A stretch of 64,000 bases of DNA from Candidatus Omnitrophota bacterium. GTDB taxonomy: Bacteria; Omnitrophota; Gorgyraeia; Gygaellales; Profunditerraquicolaceae. The notes under the pieces were generated by a model. The model searched no databases. It saw only the letters and a list, made by a program, of their open reading frames with translations, and was not told where the DNA came from. A program made the position numbers and the translations under genes. The stretch is taken from contig VGKG01000003.1 of the NCBI GenBank assembly GCA_016867115.1, positions 673 through 64,672 of the forward strand, written 5' to 3'. Below are positions 1 through 9,811 of the stretch, piece after piece. Position 1 is the stretch's first letter; each line of letters begins with the position of its first letter.

Positions 1-261
1 CCCCAGAGCGATCGCCAGGTCAAAACTTGCGCCCTCTTTTTTGATGTCTGAGGGAGCCAGGCTGATAGTTACCCTCTCTCCCGGCCAGGAGAAGCCGGAA
101 TTCCTGATGGCGGATTTCACTCTGGCCCTGCTCTCCCGGATAGCTGAGTCCGGCAGGCCGACCAGGATTACCGCCGGCAGTCCCCCTGACACATCTACTT
201 CTATTTCAACAGGATACGCCTCTAAACCAAAAACGCCAAAACTGGATACCTTCGCTAACAT
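1..261 (-). CDS. YifB/ComM-family Mg-chelatase-like AAA+ ATPase, N-terminal fragment (gene continues past window start)
   Basis: Reverse-complement translation from ATG (+ coords 259-261) gives MLAKVSSFGVFGLEAYPVEIEVDVSGGLPAVILVGLPDSAIRESRARVKSAIRNSGFSWPGERVTISLAPSDIKKEG..., the canonical ComM/YifB N-terminus. An AGGAGG SD lies upstream. It is absent from the ORF track because it is truncated. Confidence 0.7.
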   Translation of the reverse strand, partial: MLAKVSSFGVFGLEAYPVEIEVDVSGGLPAVILVGLPDSAIRESRARVKSAIRNSGFSWPGERVTISLAPSDIKKEGASFDLAIALG

Positions 262-359
262 ATGGCCACCTCCTCTACCATAATAGATACCGGAGACCGG
301 AAAATCTAACTAAGAAAAATGCTTGCCGCAAGTCTGATTTTATGCTAATCTAAAAGGCC

Positions 360-806
360 ATGCAAGAGGCTTTTCTTCAATTCCTCAGGAATAAAGTCCT
401 GATCACCACTATTTTTGCCTGGATCATTGCTCAGGCGCTCAAAGTGGTAGTTGGGGTGATCCGCTATAAAAGGTTCGATTTCCGCTGGTTTGTAGGTACA
501 GGAGGCATGCCCTCAAGCCATGTTACCGGCGCATCGTGCCTGGCGACTGCCGTAGGCCAGGCTTATGGTTTTGACAGCGCCTACTTTGCCTTGGCTGCGT
601 CTTTTGCCCTGGTAATCATGTTCGATGCCCAGGGCGTCAGGCGCGCAGCCGGACGGCAGGCGCGCATCCTGAATAAGATCAGCGAGGACATATACTGGAA
701 GGGCAAGTTTGACGAGGAGAAACTGCGCGAGTTTATCGGGCATACTCCGGTAGAGGTGATCGTAGGGTTCATTCTGGGAGTGGTGATAGCGCTGGTTGCG
801 CGTTAA
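360..806 (+). CDS. divergent PAP2/acid phosphatase-vanadium haloperoxidase-related membrane protein (DUF212/YuiD-like)
   Basis: 148 aa membrane protein with the GGMPSSH motif typical of the DUF212 family. Confidence 0.55.
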   Translation: MQEAFLQFLRNKVLITTIFAWIIAQALKVVVGVIRYKRFDFRWFVGTGGMPSSHVTGASCLATAVGQAYGFDSAYFALAASFALVIMFDAQGVRRAAGRQARILNKISEDIYWKGKFDEEKLREFIGHTPVEVIVGFILGVVIALVAR

Positions 807-823
807 TAAAAAGAGGTGGAGAG

Positions 824-1648
824 GTGAACAAGAAATTCGTGATCCTGCTGGCAGCGATCGGTATAGTACTGGCTGTGGTGCTGGTCATCGGCTTAAAGAA
901 GGCAAATATTACCCTGGGCAGCAGGCTTCCTGCGGTAGGCGAAGCGGCAGCCCTGATCAATCAGGCTAAACAATTAGAGGAGAAGGGGGAGCTCCTTGCG
1001 GCCAAGGAGGCCTACCAGAAGCTGATCGGCGAATACCTTAATTCTGCGCAGGTTTCGGAATGGCAGAAAAAAGCAGAAGAGCTGAACATGGAATTATTAT
1101 TCTCCGCTACGGTCACGCCCAAAAGCGTCTCTTATGAGATAAAGCCGGGAGATACCCTGGCCAGGATCGCGCGGGAGTTTAAGACCACCCCGGAATTGAT
1201 CATGAAGAGCAACAACCTCTCCGGCGATCGGATCGTTCCGGGAAGGAAGATCAAGGTCTGGAACGCGCCTTTTAGCATACTGGTGGATAAATCCCAGAAT
1301 ACGCTGATCCTGAAATGCGACGATGAGATCATGAAGACTTACATCGTCTCCACGGGCAAGAATAACTCTACTCCTACCGGCACCTTTAAGATAGCCAACA
1401 AGCTGATGAATCCCCCCTGGTTCAAGAAAGGTTCCTCAAGCCCCATCCCTGCCGGCAGCCCCGAAAATATACTGGGGACGCGCTGGATGGGCTTTGACCG
1501 TCTTACTGACTACGGAATTCACGGCACTATCGACCCCCAGAGCCTGGGTAAACAGGTCACCCAGGGTTGCGTGCGCATGGCTAATCCTGAGGTGGAAGAA
1601 CTCTATATCATCGTCCCCGTCGGCACCGAAGTCACCATTGTTGACTGA
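824..1648 (+). CDS. LysM domain-containing L,D-transpeptidase (YkuD/ErfK family)
   Basis: N-terminal TM segment and a LysM-like segment (GDTLARIAREFKTTPELIMKSNNL). C-terminal YkuD catalytic motif HGT...GCVRM. Confidence 0.8.
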   Translation: MNKKFVILLAAIGIVLAVVLVIGLKKANITLGSRLPAVGEAAALINQAKQLEEKGELLAAKEAYQKLIGEYLNSAQVSEWQKKAEELNMELLFSATVTPKSVSYEIKPGDTLARIAREFKTTPELIMKSNNLSGDRIVPGRKIKVWNAPFSILVDKSQNTLILKCDDEIMKTYIVSTGKNNSTPTGTFKIANKLMNPPWFKKGSSSPIPAGSPENILGTRWMGFDRLTDYGIHGTIDPQSLGKQVTQGCVRMANPEVEELYIIVPVGTEVTIVD

Positions 1649-1826
1649 GCGTGAATACGCGTTGTTTGATTTAGGCAATTTGCCCCTCGCGTAAGCGCTT
1701 GTAAATTTCCTTGAAATTTACTGCGCACGCTCGGGGTTAATTCGCAGACGCTGAATATAATTAAACGAGGCAGTTACACTTTACGTTCACTCACTTTGTT
1801 CGTTCCGTAAAGTGTCTGCTCATTAA

Positions 1827-2774
1827 ATGGCCGGATTAGATTTCGAAAAACCGATCATCGAGCTTGAGAAGAAGATCCAGGAGCTGAAGAACTTCGTCTC
1901 GGATAAGAATATCGACCTTACCGCGGAAGTCAGGCGCCTGGAGGAAAAATTAGAGCACCTCAAAAAAGACACCTACACCAATTTAAGCGCCTGGCAGAAG
2001 ATCCAGCTTGCCCGCCACCCCCAGAGGCCCTACACCTTAGACTACATCAGCATGCTCATGACTGATTTTATCGAGTTGCACGGCGACCGCGCCTTTGCCG
2101 ATGATAAGGCTCTTATTTGCGGCCTGGCAAAACTGGATAAACAGAAAGCGGTCGTCATCGGCCACCAGAAGGGCCGCGATACCAAAGAGAACCTGAAGCG
2201 TAACTTCGGCTGCGCGCATCCTGAAGGCTACCGCAAGGCCATGCGGGTAATGGAGCTGGCGGATAGGTTTTCTCTGCCTATTGTGGCTTTTATCGATACG
2301 CCGGGCGCATACCCGGGTATCGGCGCCGAAGAGCGCGGCCAGTCGCAGGCGATTGCCGAAAACCTAAGGGACATGGCTCAGGTCTCCACCCCTATAGTCG
2401 CTATTATCATCGGCGAAGGCGGCTCCGGCGGCGCCTTAGGCATAGGTATCGCCGACAGGGTCTGTGTTCTGGAGAACGCTTATTATTCGGTCATTTCTCC
2501 CGAAGGTTGCGCTGCGATCCTCTGGAAGGACGGCTCAAAGGCTCCGGAGGCGGCAGAGGTCCTGAAGCTTACCGCGCAGGACCTTTTAAAGATGGGGATC
2601 ATCGAAGAGATCATCCCCGAGCCGATGGGCGGCGCGCACCGCGATCCCCAGAAGACCGCGGACAACGTAAAAGATGCGATCTTAAGGAACCTGCGTGAGC
2701 TGAAGCAGCTGGATAAAGAAGGCCTGCTTAAGGCAAGATACAAGAAGTTTCGCAGCATCGGCGCAATCGCATGA
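1827..2774 (+). CDS. accA: acetyl-CoA carboxylase carboxyltransferase alpha subunit
   Basis: 315 aa. N-terminus MAGLDFEKPIIELEKKIQEL and the GGSGGALG / PEGCAAILWKD motifs are diagnostic of AccA. Confidence 0.9.
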   Translation: MAGLDFEKPIIELEKKIQELKNFVSDKNIDLTAEVRRLEEKLEHLKKDTYTNLSAWQKIQLARHPQRPYTLDYISMLMTDFIELHGDRAFADDKALICGLAKLDKQKAVVIGHQKGRDTKENLKRNFGCAHPEGYRKAMRVMELADRFSLPIVAFIDTPGAYPGIGAEERGQSQAIAENLRDMAQVSTPIVAIIIGEGGSGGALGIGIADRVCVLENAYYSVISPEGCAAILWKDGSKAPEAAEVLKLTAQDLLKMGIIEEIIPEPMGGAHRDPQKTADNVKDAILRNLRELKQLDKEGLLKARYKKFRSIGAIA

Positions 2775-3286
2775 TAGAACATGAACTCCTATTCTTAGGG
2801 CTCCTCAGAGAAGGCCCCAAGCACGGCTACGACATCAAAATAAAGATCCGCGAGATCCTCTCCATATTCGCCGGCATTGACCTGAAATCAGTATATTACC
2901 CCTTAAGGATATTAGAGAAAAGAGGCCTGGTCACCAAGCGCAAAATCAAATCCGGCCGCCGGCCGGAACGCATAGTCTATTGCCTCACGCCTGAGGGAAG
3001 CGCCCGTTTTGAAGAACTATTAAGCGAAAGCTTCCTTAATTTCAAGCGGCCGCAATTCAGCCTGGACCTGAGCCTTTATTTCCTGAATTACGTAAGACCT
3101 CAGACCGCAAAGAGGAGGCTGCGCGCCAGGATGCTCCTCCTGAAGCGGCTTTTGCGCAGCCTGCATCAGGCAGTAAATGCCTCCCGTAAGGAGAAACCCC
3201 TTACCCTGACCTATATCCTGGAACATGACCTGCAGATGGTTGAAACTGAGCTTAAGTTCTTAGAGAATCTGGTGAGAAACTTTTAA
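2771..3286 (+). CDS. PadR-family transcriptional regulator
   Basis: N-terminal wHTH HGYDIKIKIREI...VYYPLRILEKRGLV matches PadR. Its start overlaps the accA stop. Confidence 0.65.
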   Translation: MIEHELLFLGLLREGPKHGYDIKIKIREILSIFAGIDLKSVYYPLRILEKRGLVTKRKIKSGRRPERIVYCLTPEGSARFEELLSESFLNFKRPQFSLDLSLYFLNYVRPQTAKRRLRARMLLLKRLLRSLHQAVNASRKEKPLTLTYILEHDLQMVETELKFLENLVRNF

Positions 3287-3505
3287 ATGCTTCCTTTTAT
3301 TGCCGCAACAGGAATTATTATCGGCGTCTTCCTCGCCCTCAAACCTGCCCGGGCAATAGAAGCGCAGAGAAGGTTTTACCTGCATATTAACTGGAAGATC
3401 GAGCCGGTCTCTATGGAAAAAGAGCTGCGTAATACCCGCCTCATGGGACTGTTTCTCACCGGCATTTCGATACTCATCTTCATCCTCGCATTTCTGAAAG
3501 CCTAA
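3287..3505 (+). CDS. small hypothetical membrane protein
   Basis: 72 aa with two hydrophobic segments. Start abuts the PadR stop. No recognisable family. Confidence 0.3.
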   Translation: MLPFIAATGIIIGVFLALKPARAIEAQRRFYLHINWKIEPVSMEKELRNTRLMGLFLTGISILIFILAFLKA

Positions 3506-3570
3506 CCCGTAGACCAGACCCGAAATTACCTTGACAGCGCATAATAAATATGGCATATTTTTAATGATAT

Positions 3571-3595
3571 TAATATTTAACTTACTTAAATATTA
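3571..3595. promoter_or_regulatory. perfect 10-bp inverted repeat (TAATATTTAA-cttac-TTAAATATTA), putative MarR operator
   Basis: Read directly. Sits between a TTGACA hexamer (3531-3536) and the SD/ATG of the MarR gene at 3595. Confidence 0.4.
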
Positions 3596-4053
3596 TGGAG
3601 GTAAATATGTTTCAGTCAAAGATCGAGGTTTTTGCCGACAGGCTTAACGCCGTACTGCCGGTGATCATCAAGGAGTTTTCCCGGCGCCAGACAAATGAAC
3701 TGTATAGGGGCCACATCAGCCTGGCGCAGTTTTTGATCCTGGAGTTCCTGCAGCGCGAGGGTGAATCCCGGATGTCCGCCCTGGCCCGCGCGATGCATGT
3801 GACTACCGCGGCGATGACCGGTTTTATCGAGAGGCTGGTTCGGGACGGCTACGCCCTCAGGCAATCAGACCCGGACGACAGACGCGTCATCAGGATAAGG
3901 CTTACCCCCAAGGGAGCCGGCCTTGTGCATAAGATCAATCACCAGCGGCGCACGATGGTCATAAAGATCTTCGGCAAGATCTCGGAAAGGGAGCGCCATG
4001 ATTATCTGAAGATCCTCACGCACATAAAAGAGATCCTGGCTGAAGAGGCTTAA
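3595..4053 (+). CDS. MarR-family transcriptional regulator
   Basis: wHTH LAQFLILEFLQREGESRMSALARAMHVTTAAMTGFIERLVRDGYALRQSDPDDRRVIRIRLTPKG. Confidence 0.85.
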   Translation: MEVNMFQSKIEVFADRLNAVLPVIIKEFSRRQTNELYRGHISLAQFLILEFLQREGESRMSALARAMHVTTAAMTGFIERLVRDGYALRQSDPDDRRVIRIRLTPKGAGLVHKINHQRRTMVIKIFGKISERERHDYLKILTHIKEILAEEA

Positions 4054-4060
4054 AAGGCGA

Positions 4061-5329
4061 ATGAAGAAGATAATTTTATTATTCAGCATCTTTATATCGT
4101 TCCTGCCGGTAGCCTTACGGGCAGAGGAGATCCTGCTTACTCCCGATGAGGCGGTTGCGCTGTGCCTGCGGGAGAACCGCGACGTGCTCTTAAGGGCCGA
4201 GGATATCAAGAAGGCCAAGGCAAAACTTGCCGAGGCAAATGCCGGCCTCTTTCCCAGCGTCACCGCCAGCTTCACCTGGCAGGATGTGCGCGGGCTTTAT
4301 GATAAGGACCTTCCGGAGAAGGAGAGCCACATCGGCGCAAAACAGTATTTTTATCAGGGCGGAAGGGTGATCAATACCATCAGGTACAGCCAGCAGGGGA
4401 TAGAGGTCGCACGGGCGCTTCTGGATAAGACAAAAATCGAGACGGCCTTAAACGTCAGAAGGTCGTTTTATACTCTTTTATTGGCTGTGGAGTTCAGCCG
4501 CCTAAACAGCGAGATCCTGAAAAACACCAAAGGGCATCTTAGGTATCTAGAAGAGCGCTATAAGTCCGGAGAAGCTTCGGAATCGGATATTTTACAGATC
4601 AAGCAGTCCCTGGCCGCGATAGAAGACGCTTATGAGACCTCTTTGAACCAGGCGGATGCAAGCGAGGCGCTCCTTAAAAGTCTGCTTTTTCTCGACGAAA
4701 AAGTAAAGATAATTCCTGCGGCCCGGTTCGAATATACGCCCGAAGAGGTCGCTTATGACGAAGGCCTGTTAAAGGCGATGAAGTCAAGGCCGGAGATCAG
4801 GCAGTTTGAAGCCCAGGAAAAGCAGTCGAAATACGCGATTGAAATAGCTAAGGCTGACGGAAGGCCCAGTATCTACGCCTCTTGGGACTATTATAGCTCA
4901 TCAACAACTGTTCTTACCTTTTCGCCGTCGCGCGCCTGGCAGGATTACAATATAATCGGAGTGACTTTTTCCTGGCCCATCTTTGACGGCTGGGCGACCA
5001 AAGCCAAGGTGGAGCAGGCGATCGTAGACTTAAAGGAGGCCCAGCTTTTAAAAGAAAAGACGGTCAAGGATATCGCCACAGAACTGAAAGAGGCGTACCT
5101 GGGCATGAAGGATGCGATATCAGGCATCCGGGCATCCGAGGCAGACATCCTGCGTTTTCAGGATAACCTCTCGGTAGTGAAAGAGAAGAATAAGGCAGGC
5201 ATTGCCAGCTACCTGGACCTGGACGATGCGCGCCTGAAATATAACGTCTCACAGTTCAATCAGCAGCAGGCGGTCTATGATTACATCGTCGCCAAGGCCA
5301 CTTTCGAAAAGGCAACCGGAGGGCTCTGA
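4061..5329 (+). CDS. TolC-family outer membrane efflux protein
   Basis: 422 aa with signal peptide and two repeated halves of OEP-type coiled-coil/beta segments. First gene of the efflux operon. Confidence 0.8.
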   Translation: MKKIILLFSIFISFLPVALRAEEILLTPDEAVALCLRENRDVLLRAEDIKKAKAKLAEANAGLFPSVTASFTWQDVRGLYDKDLPEKESHIGAKQYFYQGGRVINTIRYSQQGIEVARALLDKTKIETALNVRRSFYTLLLAVEFSRLNSEILKNTKGHLRYLEERYKSGEASESDILQIKQSLAAIEDAYETSLNQADASEALLKSLLFLDEKVKIIPAARFEYTPEEVAYDEGLLKAMKSRPEIRQFEAQEKQSKYAIEIAKADGRPSIYASWDYYSSSTTVLTFSPSRAWQDYNIIGVTFSWPIFDGWATKAKVEQAIVDLKEAQLLKEKTVKDIATELKEAYLGMKDAISGIRASEADILRFQDNLSVVKEKNKAGIASYLDLDDARLKYNVSQFNQQQAVYDYIVAKATFEKATGGL

Positions 5330-6204
5330 TGAAAAACTATAAACTTGTTTTTCTTATACTTTTAAGTCTTTTTACTTTCGGCTGTCAGCCTAAAGCGGAG
5401 AAACAGAAGGCAGAGGAGAGCATTCCGGTAAGGGTGATCAAGGTAGGCCTGCAGGAATTGGCCGAGACCATCGACTACGTGGGTAATATCAGGGCTAAAG
5501 ACGAAGCCCTGATCTATCCCAAGGTGAGCGGTAAGATCATCGAAAAGGTCAAGGAGGACGGCGCGCCCGTGAATAAGGGCGAGGTGATCCTTTATATCGA
5601 CCGCGACGAGGTGGGGCTGAAGTTCGAGCGGGCCCCGGTTGAGAGTACGCTTACCGGGACCATAGGCAGGGTCTACGTGGATATCGGAGAGAATGTGGAC
5701 CCGCAGACCGCAGTCGCCCTGGTCGTGGATATGCACGAGGTAAAGACTGACCTTGATATCCCGGAAAAGTACCTGGCCAAGGTCTCGCTTGGACAGACGG
5801 CCAGGATCAGCGTGGATGCCTATCCCGCAGAAGAGTTTATGGGGAAGGTGACCAAGATCAGCCCGGTAGTGGATATGAATACCCGCAGCTCCCCCATTGA
5901 GATCACCGTGGCTAATCCCGGGCACCGGCTGAAATCCGGCATGTTTGCCAAGGTCAGCCTCATCGTACGCGAGAAAAAAGAGGTGCCGGTGATCATGAAA
6001 GAGGCGGTGATCGGCAAAGAGCCTGACCAGTGTGTCTTTGTGATCGAAGATAACAAGGCGCTTTTAAAGAAGATAAGCCTGGGTATCCGTCAGGGGCCGT
6101 ATTTTGAGGTAAGGCAGGGGTTAAAAGAAGGGGATTTAGTGGTAGTGATGGGCCAGCAGCGGCTTACCGAGGGCAGTCCCGTCAAGATAGAGGAGAATAA
6201 ATAA
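5329..6204 (+). CDS. efflux RND periplasmic adaptor (membrane fusion protein, HlyD family)
   Basis: Lipoprotein-like signal peptide plus biotinyl/lipoyl-like and beta-barrel MFP motifs. Translationally coupled (ATGA overlaps). Confidence 0.85.
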   Translation: MKNYKLVFLILLSLFTFGCQPKAEKQKAEESIPVRVIKVGLQELAETIDYVGNIRAKDEALIYPKVSGKIIEKVKEDGAPVNKGEVILYIDRDEVGLKFERAPVESTLTGTIGRVYVDIGENVDPQTAVALVVDMHEVKTDLDIPEKYLAKVSLGQTARISVDAYPAEEFMGKVTKISPVVDMNTRSSPIEITVANPGHRLKSGMFAKVSLIVREKKEVPVIMKEAVIGKEPDQCVFVIEDNKALLKKISLGIRQGPYFEVRQGLKEGDLVVVMGQQRLTEGSPVKIEENK

Positions 6205-9200
6205 TGAAGTTTGCGGAGTTCGGCGTAAAAAGGCCGGTCACCAACCTCATGATCTTCTTCTCTATTTTTGTCCTGGCCATGTACAGTTTCACGCGCCTGG
6301 GGATTGACATGATGCCTGAGATCGAGCCGCCGGTGATCACGGTGATCTCCGCTTACCCGGGAGCCAGCCCTGAAGACGTGGAAGTCAAGGTGACCGAGCC
6401 GCTGGAAAACCAGCTGGCCACTACTCCCGGCCTTGAGAAGATGACCTCGGATTCATTAGACGGGGTGTCTTTGATCACCCTGAAGTTCATCTGGGGGACA
6501 AACCTTGACGCCGCCTCCAATGACGTGCGCGACCGCATTGACCTGGCCAAGCGTTTCCTTCCGGATATCCCCGATGAGATGGATAACCCCTTTATCTACA
6601 AGTTCAATACCTCCAATATCCCCATCCTCTTTTTCGGGATCACCGCAAAACAATCCTATACCGACCTCTTTGACCTGGTGGATAAAAGAGTGGCTGATGC
6701 CCTGCGCCAGCTGCCCGGCGTAGGCACCGTCGAGCTGATCGGAGGGTTGGAACGGCAGGTGAACATCTGGATCGACCGCCAGCGCCTGGAAGGATACGGC
6801 TTCTCGATCCTGGATATAGAGGCCTCTCTAAGAAAAGAGAATGTCCAGCAGCCTCTGGGCAGGTTAAAGAGCGGGCTTACCGATTATCTTATCCGGCTGC
6901 CGGGTGAGTTCGCTGCTCCGGATGAGATCAATCAGGTGATCCTGGGAAGGCGCAACGGGAATCTGGTCTATCTAAAAGACGTAGCCAGGGTCGAGGACAG
7001 CTTCAAAGAGGTGACCCTGAACGTGCGTATCAGCAGGCAGCCCGGATTGCTGCTCATGGTGCAAAAACAGAGCGGCACAAATACCGTGGAGGTCGCCCGG
7101 CGCATCAGGGATAAACTCGATGAACTGGAGAAGGTCCTGCCTGCGGACGTCAAGATCTACACCATCTTTGATACTTCTAAAGACATCATTGATTCCCTGA
7201 ACTCCCTGAAGTCTACAGTCTGGGTGGGGATCATTCTGGTGGTCCTCGTAGTCTGGTTCTTTCTGCGGATGGCCCTGCCCAGCCTTATCGTTGCCCTGAC
7301 CATTCCTTTTTCCCTGCTCATCGCCTTTGTTTATCTGTTCTTAAGCGGCCGCACGGTAAATGTCATCAGCCTTTCGTCGCTGGCGATCGCAGCCGGGATG
7401 GTCGTGGATAACGCGATTGTAGTCGTGGATAACATCTATAGAAAATTAGAGAGGGGTAACCGGGCCCAGGAGGCTGCAATCTTCGGCACGCAGGAGATGT
7501 TCTTTGCGATCGCCGCCTCGACCTTTACCACTATCGTAGTCTTCCTGCCCATGCTTTTCATCCCCGGGGTGATCGGAGTGATGTTTGCTGAAATGGCAGT
7601 GATCATTTCCGCCACACTCCTGGGTTCTCTTTTTACCGCCTCGACATTCAGCCCCATGCTCTGTTCGCAGTGGATGAAAAAGCCGTACGCGCAAAAAGCA
7701 GACGGCGGATGGTTTGACAAGTTCTACAATTTTTCCGAAAGGATCTTCCGCTCGTGGGAGGAGTTTTACGCCCGGAACCTCGGGTTTTGCCTGCACCATA
7801 AAAAATTAGTGATCTTCGCTTTTTCCGGGGCTTTTATTTTTTCCCTGACCCTGCTTCCCTTTGTCGGCCATGAGTTTATTCCCGAGGAAGACACCGGAGA
7901 CCTGCGCCTGACTGCGCACCTGCCTTTAGGGACCCGGATCGAAGAAGCGGACAAGGTGGCCTCCAGGATCGAGGAGATGATCCGGGAGGATGTCCCGGAG
8001 GCGCGCTTTTATTTTTCCCGCACCGGAGAGACGGCGGGAAGGAGCAGGGCTGCGGGCCAGACTTCCGGAACGCACATCATTACTGCCGGCGCAAAGTTAG
8101 TCTCGAAGACTAAGCGCACCCGCAGCGCCAACGACGTAGCGCAGGCCCTGCGGCAGAAGATCAAAGAGATCCCCGGGGTCCTGAAGATCGATATGCAGGT
8201 GGGTAACCCCCTCGGCCGCATGATCACCGGCATGGGCGGGAAGGCGGTCCGGCTTGAGGTCATCGGCCACTCTTTTGAAGAGACGGACCGCGTAGCCAAT
8301 CAGATCAAGGGCCTGATGGAGAAGATCCCCGGCGCTGTAGATGTGGCAATTTCGCGAGAGTTCAACCGCCCGGAATTAAGGATCGAAATAGACCGCGAGA
8401 AGATCGGCAGCCTTGGCCTGACCATGGATACCATCGCCAACAGCCTGCAGGCTTATATTGCCGGCTCGGTTGCCAGCAAATACCGCGAAAAGGGAGAGAC
8501 CTATGATATCAATCTGCGCCTGGAAGAAGAGAACCGTAAAAAAATAGAAGACATCGAAAACCTGCCTTTGATCGCCGAGACCACCCAGTTTGTCAGCGCC
8601 CAGGCGCCGGTGAGCGCCCTGGCGCCGCAAATCGAGACTGCCCCGCCGGTCTCCCTGACTACGCTTAAGATCATCCGGCTCTCCAATGTCGCCAAGATCT
8701 ACGAGGTCAAGGCACCGGTAAGTATCGAACGCCAGAACCGCGAGAGGGTAGTCAGGGTAGAATGCAATACCTATAAGCGTTCATCGGGGAAAGTGGTCGA
8801 GGATATCCAAAAGGCGCTCTCCAGCATTGCCGTCCCCAAGGACATCATGATTAATTTCGGCGGCGAGGCAGAGGAGCAGAAAAAGGCCTTCCGGGACCTG
8901 GGCCTATTATTGATCTTAGGCATTATCCTTGTCTATATGATCATGGCCGCTCAGTTTGAGTCGCTTTTTGACCCCTTTATTATCATGTTCTCCATACCTT
9001 TCACCTTTATCGGCGTGATCTTAAGTTTTCTGGTTACCGGGATAACGCTAAACGTGATCAGTTACTTGGGCGTGATCATGCTTATGGGCATTGTGGTCAA
9101 TAACGCCATTGTCCTCATCAGCTACATTATCATCTTGCGCCACCGCGGCCAGACTATGTATGAGGCGGTGACTAATGCCGGAAGAGACAGGCTGCGGCCG

Positions 9201-9410
9201 GTTCTAATGACCACGATCACCACGTTGGTTGGACTCCTGCCTCTGGCTTTATTCCGGGGCGAAGGCTCGGAATCCTGGCAGCCGTTGGGAGTGACCATGT
9301 TCGGCGGGCTTTTAGTCTCTACCCTGATCACCATGCTTTTTGTGCCTACGCTTTATGCGCTCTTCCACAGAAAAGCAGCCGAGGCAGAAGCAGGAGGAAA
9401 AAGGAGATGA
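6204..9410 (+). CDS. efflux RND permease (AcrB/CzcA family)
   Basis: 1068 aa with 12 TM segments and large periplasmic loops, the typical RND transporter architecture. Confidence 0.9.
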   Translation: MKFAEFGVKRPVTNLMIFFSIFVLAMYSFTRLGIDMMPEIEPPVITVISAYPGASPEDVEVKVTEPLENQLATTPGLEKMTSDSLDGVSLITLKFIWGTNLDAASNDVRDRIDLAKRFLPDIPDEMDNPFIYKFNTSNIPILFFGITAKQSYTDLFDLVDKRVADALRQLPGVGTVELIGGLERQVNIWIDRQRLEGYGFSILDIEASLRKENVQQPLGRLKSGLTDYLIRLPGEFAAPDEINQVILGRRNGNLVYLKDVARVEDSFKEVTLNVRISRQPGLLLMVQKQSGTNTVEVARRIRDKLDELEKVLPADVKIYTIFDTSKDIIDSLNSLKSTVWVGIILVVLVVWFFLRMALPSLIVALTIPFSLLIAFVYLFLSGRTVNVISLSSLAIAAGMVVDNAIVVVDNIYRKLERGNRAQEAAIFGTQEMFFAIAASTFTTIVVFLPMLFIPGVIGVMFAEMAVIISATLLGSLFTASTFSPMLCSQWMKKPYAQKADGGWFDKFYNFSERIFRSWEEFYARNLGFCLHHKKLVIFAFSGAFIFSLTLLPFVGHEFIPEEDTGDLRLTAHLPLGTRIEEADKVASRIEEMIREDVPEARFYFSRTGETAGRSRAAGQTSGTHIITAGAKLVSKTKRTRSANDVAQALRQKIKEIPGVLKIDMQVGNPLGRMITGMGGKAVRLEVIGHSFEETDRVANQIKGLMEKIPGAVDVAISREFNRPELRIEIDREKIGSLGLTMDTIANSLQAYIAGSVASKYREKGETYDINLRLEEENRKKIEDIENLPLIAETTQFVSAQAPVSALAPQIETAPPVSLTTLKIIRLSNVAKIYEVKAPVSIERQNRERVVRVECNTYKRSSGKVVEDIQKALSSIAVPKDIMINFGGEAEEQKKAFRDLGLLLILGIILVYMIMAAQFESLFDPFIIMFSIPFTFIGVILSFLVTGITLNVISYLGVIMLMGIVVNNAIVLISYIIILRHRGQTMYEAVTNAGRDRLRPVLMTTITTLVGLLPLALFRGEGSESWQPLGVTMFGGLLVSTLITMLFVPTLYALFHRKAAEAEAGGKRR

Positions 9411-9697
9411 AGATGGTCATGGTCTGTTACAATGAGGCTATTGATATTGAGGTGATGGAGCTTTTGGGAGGGAGTGGCCTAAAAAATTATACCAAGGTCT
9501 GCGCTACCTTTGGTAGCGGCAATACTTCCGGAATACACCTTGGTAATGATATCTGGCCGGGTAAGAATAACCTGCTTTTTGTCGCCTGCCAGGAAAAAGA
9601 GGCAAAGGAGCTCCTCTCTGCAGTGCGAGAATTAAGGAAACAGCTTGGCAGAGAAGGGGTTAAGGCTTTCATTTTACCATTAGAAGAGCTCACCTGA
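9407..9697 (+). CDS. small PII-like (GlnB-fold) protein coupled to the RND pump (DUF3240-like)
   Basis: 96 aa. MKMVMVCYNEAIDIEVMELL...GSGNTSGIHLG has a beta-alpha-beta pattern reminiscent of PII-like proteins found downstream of CzcA-type pumps. Overlaps the RND stop (ATGA). Confidence 0.4.
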   Translation: MKMVMVCYNEAIDIEVMELLGGSGLKNYTKVCATFGSGNTSGIHLGNDIWPGKNNLLFVACQEKEAKELLSAVRELRKQLGREGVKAFILPLEELT

Positions 9698-9735
9698 TCT
9701 TTTGTTCACGCCTCAAAAATTTTGCGAAAAATCCC

Positions 9736-9763
9736 TTGACAGCACCGCTTAAATAGGTATAAT
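9736..9763 (+). promoter_or_regulatory. sigma70-type promoter (TTGACA-16 nt-TATAAT) upstream of the PKS-like operon
   Basis: Consensus hexamers read directly (TTGACA 9736-9741, TATAAT 9758-9763), about 50 nt upstream of the first ORF at 9812. Confidence 0.5.
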
Positions 9764-9811
9764 ATATTAAAATTTAATTAGTAAAATTTTACTATACGGA
9801 GGTTCCAGCTG

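Noticed and set aside
41-283. 80-aa + strand ORF at the window start
   Set aside because: Low-complexity translation with no SD. The opposite strand encodes a clean ComM/YifB N-terminus with a strong SD over the same bases.
5362-5925. 187-aa antisense ORF inside the RND adaptor gene
   Set aside because: Shadow ORF. The + strand frame has clear MFP homology.
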